35,783 nt of DNA from Nemertoderma westbladi. Lineage: Eukaryota; Animalia; Xenacoelomorpha. The stretch covers positions 1 to 35,783 of the forward strand of contig JAUCBJ010004333.1 in the NCBI GenBank assembly GCA_032718475.1, in the 5' to 3' direction. A program made the position numbers and the translations under genes. Under the pieces are notes generated by a model. It searched no databases. It was given only the letters and a program-made list of their open reading frames with translations, and was not told the origin of the DNA. Position 1 is the stretch's first letter. Every line of letters begins with the position of its first letter. This document shows positions 1 through 12,800 of the stretch, piece after piece.

Positions 1-3000
1 AGTGGCGGGACAGAGGGCAGTCTGGGGAGGAATAAGGGGGGAATACAGGGGTCTACATGGTCGGGACAGAGGGTAGTCTGGGGAGGAATAAGGGGGAATA
101 CAGGGGTCTACACTACAGTGGCGGGCAGAGGGCAGTCTGGGGAGGAATAAGGGGGTAATACAGGGGTCTACAATGGCGGGACAGAGGGCAGTCTGGGGAG
201 GAATAATGGGGGAATACAGGGGTCTACTACATGGTCGGGACAGAGGGCAGTCTGGGGAGGAATAAGGGGGGAATACAGGGGTCTACAATGGCAGGGGCAG
301 AGGGCAGTCTGGGGAGGAATAATGGGGGAATACAGGGGTCTACAGTGGTCGGGACAGAGGGCAGTCTGGGGAGGAATAAGGGGGGAATACAGGGGTCTAC
401 AGTGGCCGGGGCAGAGGGCAGTCTGGGGAGGAATAAGGGGGGAATACAGGGGTCTACAATGGCGGGACAGAGGGCAGTCTGGGGAATGAATAAGGGGTGA
501 ATACAGGGGTCTACAATGGCTGGGACAGAGGGCAGTCTGGGAATGAATAAGGTGGGAATACAGGGGTCTACAATGGTCGGGACAGAGGCAGTCTGGGAGG
601 AATAAGGGGGGAATACAGGGGTCTACAGTGGCCGGGGACGAGGGTAGTCTGGGGAGGAATAAGGGGGAATACAGGGGTCTACAATGGCGGGAGCAGAGGG
701 AGTCTGGGGAGGAATAAGGGGGAATACAGGGGTCTACAGTGGTCGGGACAGAGGGCAGTCTGGGGAGGAATAAGGGGGGAATACAGGGGTCTACAGTGGC
801 GGGACAGAGGGCAGTCTGGGGAGGAATAAGGGGGAATACAGGGGTCTACAATGGCAGGGACAGAGGGCAGTCTGGGGAGGAATAAGGGGGAATACAGGGG
901 TCTACAATGGCGGGACAGAGGGCAGTCTGGGGATAATAAGGGGGAATACAGGGGTCTACAATGCGGGCAGAGGGCAGTCTGGGAGGACTAAGGGGGAATA
1001 CAGGGGTCTACAATGGTCGGGATAGAGGGTTTCTGGGGAGGGATAAGGGGGAAATACAGGGGTCTACAGTAGTTGGGACAGAGGGCAGTCTGGGGAGGAA
1101 TAAGGGGGGAATACAGGGGTCTACAGTAGTCGGGACAGAGGGCAGTCTGGGGAGGAATAAGGGGGGAATACAGGGGTCTACAGTGGTCGGGACAGAGGGC
1201 AGTCTGGGGAGGAATAAGGGGGGAATATAGGGGTCTATCTGGTCGGGACAGGGGTAGTCTGGGGAGGAATAAGGGAGGAATACAGGGGTCTACACCTACA
1301 GTGGTCGGGACAGAGAGTAGTCTGGGGAGGAATAAGGGGGGATTACAGGGTTCTACAATGGCGTGACAGATGGCAGTCTGGGAGGAATAAGGGGGGAATA
1401 CAGGGGTCTACAATGGTCGGGAGCAGAGGGCAGTCTGGGGAGGAATAAGGGGGAATACAGGGGTCTACAATGGCGGTGACAGAGGGCAGTCTGGGGAGGA
1501 ATAAGGTGGGAATACAGGGGTCTACAGTGGTCGGGACAGAGGGTAGTCTGGGGAGGAATAAGGGGGAATACAGGGGTCTACAATGGTCGGGACAGAGGGT
1601 AGTCTGGGGAGGAATAAGGGGGAAATACAGGGGTCTACAGTAGCTGGGACAGAGGGCAGTCTGGGGAGGAATAAGGGGGGAATACAGGGGTCTACAGTGG
1701 TCGGGACAGAGGGCAGTCTGGGGAGGAATAAGGGGGGAATATAGGGTTCTACAATGGCGGGACAGAGGGCAGTCTGGGGAGGAATAAGGGGGAATACAGG
1801 GGTCTACAAGTGGTCGGGACAGAGGGCAGTCTGGGGAAGAATAAGGGGGGAATACAGGGGTCTACAGTGGCCGGGGCAGAGGGTAGTCTGGGGAGGAATA
1901 AGGGGGGAATACAGGGGTCTACAATGGCGGGACAGAGGGCAGTCTGGGGAGGAATAAGGGGGAATACAGGGGTCTACAATGGCGGGACAGAGGGTCAGTC
2001 TGGGAATGAATAAGGGTGGGAATACAGGGGTCTACAATGGTCGGGACAGAGGGCGTCTGGGGAGGAATAAGGGGGAATACAGGGGTCTACAATGGTCGGG
2101 ATAGAGGGTTTCTGGGGAGGGATAAGGGGGAAATACAGGGGTCTACAGTAGTCGGGACAGAGGGCAGTCTGGGGAGGAATAAGGGGGGAATACAGGGGTC
2201 TACAGTGGTCGGGACAGATGGCAGTCTGGGGAGGAATAAGGGGGGAATATAGGGTTCTACAATGGCGTGACAGAGGGCAGTCTGGGGAGGAATAAGGGAG
2301 GAATATAGGGGTCTATCTGGTCGGGACAGGGGGTAGTCTGGGGAGGAATAAGGGAGGAATACAGGTGTCTACACCTACAGTGGTCGGGACAGAGAGTAGT
2401 CTGGGGAGGAATAAGGGGGGATTACAGGGTTCTACAATGGCGTGACAGATGGCAGTCTGGGAGGAATAAGGGGGGAATACAGGGGTCTACGTGGTCGCGA
2501 CAGGGGGTAGTCTGGGGAGGAATAAGGGGGGATACATGGGTCTACAGTGGTCGGGACAGAGGGCAGTCTGGGGAGGAATAAGGGGGAATACAGGGGTCTA
2601 CAATGGCGGGACAGAGGGTAGTCTGGGAATGAATAAGGGGGGAATACAGTGGTCTACAGGGGCGCGACAGAGGGCAGTCTGGGGAGGAATAAGGGGGGAA
2701 TACAGGGGTCTACAATGGCCGGGGCAGAGGGCAGTCTGGGGAGGAATAAGGTGGGAATACAGGGGTCTACAATGGCTGGGACAGAGGGCAGTCTGGGGAG
2801 GAATAAGGGGGGAATACAGGGGTCTACAATGCACAGGAGGCAGAGGGCAGTCTGGGGAGGAATAAGGGGGAATACAGGGGTCTACAATGGCGGGACAGAG
2901 GGCAGTCTGGGGAGGAATAAGGGGGGAATACAGGGGTCTACAGTGGTCGGGACAGAGGGCAGTCTGGGGAGGAATAAGGGGGGAATACAGGGGTCTACAA

Positions 3001-5385
3001 TGGACGGGGCAGAGGGCAGTCTGGGGAGGAATAAGGGGGAATACAGGGGTCTACAATGGCGGGACAGAGGGCAGTCTGGGGAAGAATAAGGGGGGAATGC
3101 AGGGGTCTATAGTGGCCGGGGCAGAGGGCAGTCTGGGGAGGTATAAGGGGGTAATACAGGGGTCTATAATGGCTGGGACAGAGGGCAGTCTGGGAATGAA
3201 TAAGGTGGGAATACAGGTGGTCTACAGTGGTCGGGACAGAGGTCAGTCTGGGAAGGAATAAGGGTGGAATACAGGGGTATACAATGGTCGGGACAGTAGT
3301 CTGGTGAGGAATAAGGGGGAATACAGGGGTCTACAATGGTCGGGATAGAGGGTTTCTGGGGAGGGATAAGGGGGAAATACAGGGGTCTACAGTAGTCGGG
3401 ACAGAGGGCAGTCTGGGGAGGAATAAGGGGGGAATACAGGGGTCTACAGTGGTCGGGACAGAGGGCAGTCTGGGGAGGAATAAGGGTGGAATACAGGGGT
3501 CTACAATGGCGGGACAGAGGGCAGTCTGGGGAGGAATAAGGGGGAATACAGGGGTCTACAATGGTCGGGACAGAGGGCAGTCTGGGGAGGAATAAGGGGG
3601 AATACAGGGGTCTACAGTGGTCGGGACAGAGGTCAGTCTGGGAAGGAATAAGGGGGGAATACAGGGGTCTACAATGGTCGGGACAGAGGGTCTGGGAGGA
3701 ATAAGGGGGAATACAGGGGTCTACAATGGTCGGGACAGAGGGCAGTCTGGGGAGGAATAAGGGGGGAATACAGGGGTCTACAGTGGTCGGGACAGAGGGC
3801 AGTCTGGGGAGGAATAAGGGGGGAATACAGGGGTCTACAATGGCGGGACAGAGGGCAGTCTGGGGAGGAATAAGGGGTATACATGGTCGGGACAGGGGCA
3901 GTCTGGGAGGAATAAGGGGGAATACAGGGGTCTACAATGACAGGCGGACAGAGAGTAGTCTGGGGAGGAATAAGGGGGGAATACAGGGGTCTACAATGGC
4001 GTGACAGATGGCAGTCTGGGGAGGAATAAGGGGGGAATACAGGGGTCTACAGTGGTCGGGACAGAGGGTAGTCTGGGGAGGAATAAGGGGGGAATACAGG
4101 GGTCTACAGTGGTCGGGACAGAGGGCAGTCTGGGGAGGAATAAGGGGGAATACAGGGGTCTACAATGGCGGGACAGAGGGCAGTCTGGGGAGGAATAAGG
4201 GGGGAATACAGGGGTCTACAATGGCGGGGCAGAGGGTAGTCTGGGGAGGTATAAGGTGGTAATACAGGGGTATATAATGGCTGGGACAGAGGGCAGTCTG
4301 GGGATGAATAAGGTGGGAATACAGGGGTCTACAGTGGTCGGGACAGAGGGCAGTCTGGGAAGGAATAAGGGGGGAATACAGGGGTATAAATGGTCGGGAC
4401 GAGGGTAGTCTGGTGAGGAATAAGGGGGGAATACAGGGGTCTACAATGGTCGGGACAGAGGGTTGTCTGGGGAGGGATAAGGGGGAAATACAGGGGTCTA
4501 CAGTAGTTGGGACAGAGGGCAGTCTGGGGAGGAATAAGGGGGGAATACAGGGGTCTACAGTGGCGGGACAGAGGGCAGTCTGGGGAGGAATAAGGGGGGA
4601 ATACAGGGGTCTACAATGGCGGGACAGAGGGCAGTCTGGGGAGGAATAAGGGGGGAATACAGGGGTCTACAATGGTCGGGACAGAGGTCAGTCTGGGGAG
4701 GAATAAGGGGGAATACAGGGGTCTACAATTACAGGGACAGATGGCAGGCTGGGGAGGAATAAGGGGGGAATACAGGGGTCTACAATTACAGGGACAGAGG
4801 GCAGTCTGGGGAGGAATAAGGGGGGAATACAGGGGTCTACAATTACAGGGACAGAGGGCAGTCTGGGGAGGAATAAGGGGGAATACAGGGGTCTACAATA
4901 GCAGGGACAGAGGGCAGTCTGGGGAGGAATAAGGGGGGAATACAGGGGTCTACAATGGTCGGGACAGAGGGCAGTCTGGGGAGGAATAATGGGGGAATAC
5001 AGGGGTCTACAATGGCAGGGACAGATGGCAGTCTGGGGAGGAATAAGGGGGGAATACAGGGGTCTACAATTACAGGGACAGAGGGCAGTCTGGGGAGGAA
5101 TAAGGGGGGAATACAGGGGTCTACAATTACAGGGACAGAGGGCAGTCTGGGGAGGAATAAGGGGGAATACAGGGGTCTACAATAGCAGGGGCAGAGGGCA
5201 GTCTGGGGAGGAATAAGGTGGGAATACAGGGGTCTACAATTGCAGGGACAGAGGGCAGTTTGATGAGGAATAATGAGGGAATACAGGGGTCTTTAATGGC
5301 AGGGACAGAGGGCAGTCTGGGGAGGAATAAGGGGGGAATACAGTGGTATACAATGGCGTGACAGAGGGCAGTCTGGGGAGGAATA
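1..5385. repeat. G-rich minisatellite, ~57-bp unit, roughly 95 copies, runs off the left edge
   Basis: Consensus TACAGTGGTCGGGACAGAGGGCAGTCTGGGGAGGAATAAGGGGGGAATACAGGGGTC repeated head to tail. Frequent 1-bp indels in G runs make the short ORFs switch frame. Confidence 0.97.
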
Positions 5386-5813
5386 GATCTATAATTTTGG
5401 GCAGTTAGGGGAGTAATTCTAGTGATAGAAGACTTTTAGGATACCTCAGCTCATAGATGTTAAAAAATACGGATGAATACTTAAAACTGAACTTACGCTA
5501 ACACGCCACCTGCCCTCCCCCCATCAGCACCTATTGGTAGAAGTAGATCGGGGCGGTTTATACCATTCTGAAGTATTGCACTGGAATTCGTTGACTTTAT
5601 AGAGGATGACGATTCACTCTGCACCAAATGAGCTGTAAAACATAATATTAAATAAGTATTTAAAAAAAGATCTTTATATGAACCCTATAGAACTTGGAGC
5701 AAAACAATCTCAAAGTGGCCACCGATGCGATTCGAATCTGTGTACCTATTATCTTTAAAACATACTCCCATTATTAGCATGCTTATAGGGGGTTGATGTG
5801 TTGTGATGCTTAC

Positions 5814-5982
5814 CACAGAAGCACACGCATGAATACCTGACATTTTTGCTGTCTTCGTTTGCCGTAGGCGTAGGAAGGCTGTGCAACGGCCTGACAAAAG
5901 CAAACATGTCGCCTACAGTAACCGCCACTGCCCAGTGCCCATCCCATAGGTGGAAAGATAACAGGGCACCAAGGTGCAATGT
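5814..5982 (-). CDS. Possible internal exon, unidentified
   Basis: Minus strand cttcctatag|ACATTG acceptor at 5983/5982. Donors CAG|gtattc (5837) or GTG|gtaagc (5814). Open in phase 1 (DIAPWCPVIFPPMGWALGSGGYCRRHVCFCQ...), which matches the phase left by exon 9117-9309. No recognisable homology. Confidence 0.25.
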
Positions 5983-7289
5983 CTATAGGAAGCTCGTTTG
6001 TGCCTCTGGTACACACACCCCCACGCTCTAATGAGTAGCATAAAACCGCGCTATTTGTTTTAGCATAACAAATAAAATGCTGCACAGAGAATGATAACAC
6101 ACAGAATTCTTAATAGCGTAAATAAAGTGTGGCCAGATTCATAGATAAGGGAGGTGGCGATCAATACGCTTCGCACAAACCGACGATGGACCGACGATAG
6201 ATTCTGAAATTGGGGTTAGAAAACAAATCGTGTACGTATATTGTACGATACAGAAATACTATACGTGAATACGTAGCAGACATTTAACACAACAATAGTT
6301 TTGATATTGCCCTCTAAGACTCGGTCGTACCATAACGACCCACATTTTACATGATTAATAATCTATTTGAGACCAGTTATTTATTAGTTTACTATTAGAC
6401 CCACATTCAAGCCTGATACTTGAAATTGTTCGACTGATCTACAAAAGTGAAGCATGTCGTTATCAGTCCACCAACATAAATATTTCTAGTTTTCCAACAG
6501 AATAGAAATAAACGATACGCGAGTACATTTGACTAATAGTGCGTTTACCGTAGTTACCACAAAATAAGGTTTTAAATATCAAAAAGGTCGGCCAGAAAGA
6601 GATAAAGATGCCGCTAAGAAGATGGATCTAAATTAAAAGGTAAGATTTATTAAGGATAACAACATACAAGAAGATTATATAGCAAATATAAAACATTGAG
6701 TTACCCAATAAATATCTATGGTAAACGATGGCCTCTCTAAAATCATTTAAAACCCATCAAAACATGTACAACAATAATAATTATCGTGTTTTTCGATGAG
6801 AGAAAAACATTGTATTGCCGTGTATGGTGGGATATTATTGACAAGTAATTCGCGATTGACGCAGAAGGGACCGAATAACCGGTAATGGTCGTTTAGAAAA
6901 CAAGTTACTAACCCAAGGCCGACAGTAACATCGGTCTTAAAGCAATCACGAGGGATGGGCCACACACTGCATGTTCGACTTGTACAATAAATGTACCAAA
7001 CACGGACGAACAACAACAACAAATTAACGGCATAACTTTCCTGAGAAAAACACAGCAAAACAATAATCTGTTTGTTGGGTGGAGAGAAAATCGGAGGGGA
7101 TTATTTTGCGTAATTTCAGTTGAAATGGAGGAGAATTAGTGACTTTTTCATATTTAATGTTTCAAAGGTTACACTGCCTATAGTACTACGGTACGGTTTA
7201 ATTAATCTTCATGAGGTGTATAGTTGAGGCGGCGTGCGCTAAAAAAAATGCTTAGCGAAAAGTTTAGGACTACTGCTGTTGTTGTAATA

Positions 7290-7458
7290 TGGGGCGAGCC
7301 ACGAAGTGAGCTGATAAAAAATTAACGAACGCAACGAGGCAAATGAAGAAGGCGAGTATTGCGTTGACGACTTCTGACTATCGACAGACAAGACCTTAAT
7401 GGGGCCCTATATGCTAAGGCTTTGCTCACTTCGTGCTGCGCGAAGGCCCCACGAACGT
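7290..7458 (+). mobile_element. Short non-autonomous element, Helentron/DINE-1-like, related to 32956-33576
   Basis: Begins TGGGGCGAGCCACG and ends CGTGCTGCGCGAAGGCCCCACGAACGT, nearly identical to the ends of the 33-kb element. Perfect 12-bp subterminal inverted repeat CACGAAGTGAGC (7300-7311) / GCTCACTTCGTG (7424-7435). Confidence 0.6.
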
Positions 7459-7551
7459 TTAAAGATACTATGAGGTACATCACACTCACATGTTTATTGG
7501 AACATATCAACGTAAAAAATAAATAGTAACAACTGTTTGTTTGTTTGTTTG

Positions 7552-9130
7552 TAACAACAGCTGTTTGCTGTAACGTTACAAATAAACAATAACACTCAGC
7601 AGTTTGCTGTAACGTTACAAATAAATAATAACACTCAGCTGTTTGCTGTAACGTTACAAATAATTAGTAAGACTCAGCTGTTTGCTGTAACTTTACAAAT
7701 AAATAGTAACACTCAGCAGTTTGATGTAACGTTACAAATAAACAATAACACTCAGCAGTTTGCTGTAACGTTACAAATAAACAATAACACTCAGCAGTTT
7801 GCTGTAACGTTAGAAATAAATAGTAAGACTCAGCTGTTTGCTGTAACGTTTCAAATAAATAGTAACACTCAGCGGTTTGATGTAACGTTACAAATAAACA
7901 ATAACACTCAGCAGTTTGCTGTAACGTTACAAATAAATAGTAACACTCACCTGTTTGCTGTAACTTTACAAATAAATAGTAACACTCAGCTGTTTGCTGT
8001 AACGTTACAAATAAATAGTAACACTCACCTGTTTGCTGTAACTTTACAAATAAATAGTAACACTCACCTGTTTGCTGTAACGTTACAAATAAATAGTAAC
8101 ACTGACCTGTTTGCTGTAACGTTACAAATAAATAGTAACACTCAGCGGTTTGATGGAACGTTACAAATAAATAGTAACACTCAGCTGTTTGCTGTAACGT
8201 TACAAATAAATAGTAGCACTTATGTTTGCTGTAACGTTACAAATAAATAGTAACACTTCTGTTTGCTGTAACGTTACAAATAAATAGTAACACACAGCGG
8301 TTTGATGTAACGTTACAAATAGATAGTAACACACAGGGGTTTGATGTAACGTTACAAATAAATAGTAACACTCAGCTGTTTGCTGTAACGTTACAAATAA
8401 ATAGTAACACTCACCTGTTTGCTGCAACTTTACAAATAAATAGTAACACTCAGCGGTTTGATGTAACGTTACAAATAAATAGTAACACTCAGCGGTTTGA
8501 TGTAACGTTACAAATAAATAGTAACACTCAGCTGTCTGCTGTAACGTTACAAATAAATAGTAAAACTCAGCTGTTTGCTGTAACGTTACAGATAAATATT
8601 AACACTCACCTGTTTGTTGTAACGTTACAAATAAATAGTAACACTCACCTATTTGCTGTAACGTTACAAATAAATAGTAACACTCACCTGTTTGCTATAA
8701 CGTTACAAATAAATAGTAACACTCACCTGTTTGCTGTAACGTTACAAATAAATAGTAACACTCAGCGGTTTGATGGAACGTTACAAATAAATAGTAACAC
8801 TCACCTATTTGCTGTAACGTTACAAATAAATAGTAACACTCACCTGTTTGCTATAACGTTACAAATAAATAGTAACACTCACCTGTTTGCTATAACGTTA
8901 CAAATAAATAGTAACACTCACCTGTTTGATGGAACGTTACAAATAAATAGTAGCACACAATTGTTTGCTGTAACTTTACAAATAAATAGTAACACTCAGC
9001 TGTTTGCTGTAACGTTACAAATAAATAGTAACACTCAGCGGTTTGATGGAACGTTACAAATAAATAGTAACACTCAGCGGTTTGATGGAACGTTACAAAT
9101 AAATAGTAACACTCACCTGTTTGCTGCAAC
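7552..9130. repeat. 39-bp intronic minisatellite, about 40 copies, derived from an exon/intron junction
   Basis: Unit CTCA(G/C)CTGTTTGCTGTAACGTTACAAATAAATAGTAACA with an internal palindrome TGTAACGTTACA. The last unit merges into the exon ending at 9117. Confidence 0.97.
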
Positions 9131-9309
9131 TGTAACTGACGTTGTTGAAGACGCAACTGTTCAAATAGCAAATGTTGTTGAGTTGCGGTGTTCAATGTCA
9201 TTGGCTGAATTACACGATTGGAGGCCGGTAATCCCGGCAGTCCTACTAATGGTGTGTCATTGGTTGGAGACACTCCCAGGCTTGGGTTCGTTGCTAATAG
9301 CAACTGCAT
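9117..9309 (-). CDS. Internal coding exon (193 bp) of an unidentified Gln-rich protein
   Basis: Acceptor tctaattacag|ATG and consensus donor ACAG|gtgagt. Only one frame is open: MQLLLATNPSLGVSPTNDTPLVGLPGLPASNRVIQPMTLNTATQQHLLFEQLRLQQRQLQLQQT. The phase 0 start fits the upstream exons. Confidence 0.72.
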
Positions 9310-9864
9310 CTGTAATTAGAATCATTTATAGTCAAAATTTGTAAAATTTATCTTTAAGTTTTAACGATTCAAACAATTTTTTTAAACGAGTTGCGCCGCC
9401 ATTTTTTCCCCATTTTCTCCCCATTTTTTCCAAATTGCCGAATAGCAACTTTTATGACTAGGAAGTTTTTAGCTGAGCTGAAACGTTTTTGCTGAATTGC
9501 AATGAAACCAATAGGGAAAACAAGACCAAGGAAAAATGTGCCACGTATCCCTTGTCCTTGCCCGGAGCCTTAGAGTGCCAAAATAGAACCTTTATAACTC
9601 CGTTGGCGCAGCTTTGCACAGCATCCACATACCAAACCGATCACGTCCACCAGTTATAGATATGGTTTGTCTCGGTTCCCACCAAGTGATCTGGCAAGAC
9701 GTTGTAGAACCGTGTAATCACAATCTCCACCCGAAACTCCATCCATTTTAACAGGAGTTTTTTAAAACTTATTACATATTTTGCAAATTAATTCAAAACT
9801 GAATTAGACGGAATGGCCGTAAAATGTCCGAAATTTACAACAAATGTCGAAATTTCATAAGAAG

Positions 9865-12800
9865 TTAAGTAAATAAAGGCGAGATAAAATGAATTAATTT
9901 GGAGCCATGAAAAATAATATTTGAGGGAATATAATCTATTTTACTAACATTGGGAATATAATCTATTTTACTAACATTGGGAATATAATCTATTTTACTA
10001 ACATTGGGAATATAATCTATTTTACTAACATTGGGAATATAATCTATTTTACTAACATTGGGAATATAATCTATTTTACTAACATTGGGAATATAATCTA
10101 TTTTACTAACATTGGGAATATAATCTATTTTACTAACATTGGGAATATAATCTATTTTACTAACATTAGGAATATAATATATTTTACTAACATTGGGAAT
10201 ATAATCTATTTCACTAACATTGGGAATATATTCTATTTTACTAACATTGGGAATATAATCTATTTTACTAACATTGGGAATATAATCTATTTTACTAACA
10301 TTTGGAATATAATCTATTTTACTAACATTGGGAATAAAATATATTTTACTAACATAGGGAATATAATCTATTTTACTAACATTGGGAATATAACCTATTT
10401 TACTAACATTGGGAATAAAATCTATTTTACTAACATTGGGAATATAATCTATTTTACTAACATTGGGAATATAATCTATTTTACTAACATTGGGAATATA
10501 ATCTATTTTACTAACATTTGGAATATAATCTATTTTACTAACATTGGGAATAAAATATATTTTACTAACATTGGGAATATAATCTATTTTACTAACATTG
10601 GGAATATAACCTATTTTACTAACATTGGGAATATAATCTATTTTACTAACATTGGGAATATAATCTATTTCACTAACATTGGGAATATATTCTATTTTAC
10701 TAACATTGGGAATATAATCTATTTTACTAACATTGGGAATATAATCTATTTTACTAACATTGGGAATATAATCTATTTCACTAACATTGGGAATATATTC
10801 TATTTTACTAACATTGGGAATATAATCTATTTTACCAACATTGGGAATATAATCTATTTTACTAACATTGGGAATATAATCTATTTTACTAACATTGGGA
10901 ATATAATCTATTTTACTAACATTGGGAATATAATATATTTTACTAACATTGGGAATAAAATCTATTTTACTAACATTGGGAATATAATCTATTTTACTAA
11001 CATTGGGAATATAATCTATTTTACTAACATTGGGAATATAATATATTTTACTAACATTGGGAATAAAATATATTTTACTAACATTGGGAATATAATCTAT
11101 TTTACTAACATTGGGAATATAATCTATTTTACTAACATTGGGAATATAATCTATTTTACTAACATTGGGAATATAATCTATTTTACTAACATTGGGAATA
11201 TAATATATTTTACTAACATTGGGAATATAATCTATTTTACTAACATTGGGAATACAATATATTTTACTAACACTGGGAATATAATCTATTTTACTAACAT
11301 TGGGAATATAATCTATTTTACTAACATTGGGAATATAATCTATTTTACTAACATTGGGAATATAATCTATTTTACTAACATTGGGAATATAATCTATTTT
11401 ACTAACATTGGGAATATAATATATTTTACTAACATTGGGAATAAAATCTATTTTACTAACATTGGGAATATAATCTATTTTACTAACATTGGGAATATAA
11501 TCTATTTTACTAACATTGGGAATATAATCTATTTTACTAACATTGGGAATATAATCTATTTTACTAACATTGGGAATATAATCTATTTTACTAACTCTGG
11601 GAATATAATCTATTTTACTAACATTGGGAATATAATCTATTTTACTAACATTGGGAATATAATCTATTTTACTAACATTGGGAATATAATCTATTTTACT
11701 AACATTGGGAATATAATCTATTTTACTAACATTGGGAATATAATCTATTTTACTAACATTGGGAATATAATCTATTTTACTAACATTGGGAATATAATCT
11801 ATTTTACTAACATTGGGAATATAATCTATTTTACTAACATTGGGAATATAATCTATTTTACTAACACTGGGAATATAATCTATTTTACTAACATTGGGAA
11901 TATAATCTATTTTACTAACATTGGGAATATAATCTATTTTACTAACATTGGGAATATAATCTATTTTACTAACATTGGGAATATAATCTATTTTACTAAC
12001 ATTGGGAATATAATCTATTTTACTAACATTGGGAATATAATCTATTTTACTAACATTGGGAATAAAATCTATTTTACTAACATTGGGAATATAATATATT
12101 TTACTAACATTGGGAATAAAATCTATTTTACTAACATTGGGAATATAATCTATTTTACTAACATTGGGAATAAAATCTATTTTACTAACATTGGGAATAT
12201 AATCTATTTTACTAACATTGGGAATATAATCTATTTTACTAACATTGGGAATATAATCTATTTTACTAACATTGGGAATATAATCAATTTTAGTAACATT
12301 GGGAATATAATCCATTTTACTAACATTGGGAATAAAATCTATTTTACTAACATTGGGAATATAATCTATTTTACTAACATTGGGAATATAATCTATTTTA
12401 CTAACATTGGGAATATAATCTATTTTACTAACATTGGGAATATAATCAATTTTACTAACATTGGGAATATAATCAATTTTACTAACATTGGGAATAAAAT
12501 CTATTTTACTAACATTGGGAATATAATCTATTTTACTAACATTGGGAATATATTCAATTTTACTAACATTGGGAATAAAATCTATTTTACTAACATTGGG
12601 AATATAATCTATTTTACTAACATTGGGAATATAATCTATTTTACTAACATTGGGAATATAATCTATTTTACTAACATTGGGAATATAATCTATTTTACTA
12701 ACATTGGGAATATAATCTATTTTACTAACATTGGGAATAAAATCTATTTTACTAAGATTGGGAAAATAATCTATTTTATTAACATTGGGAATATAATCTA

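Noticed and set aside
231-5216. Many short ORFs (GTEGSLGRNKGGIQGST etc.)
   Set aside because: They are translations of the 57-bp satellite, broken by constant frameshifts.
5890-5930. Defensin-like GGYCRRHVCFC motif on the minus strand
   Set aside because: Lacks the upstream CxxxC helix of CS-alpha-beta defensins; likely chance.
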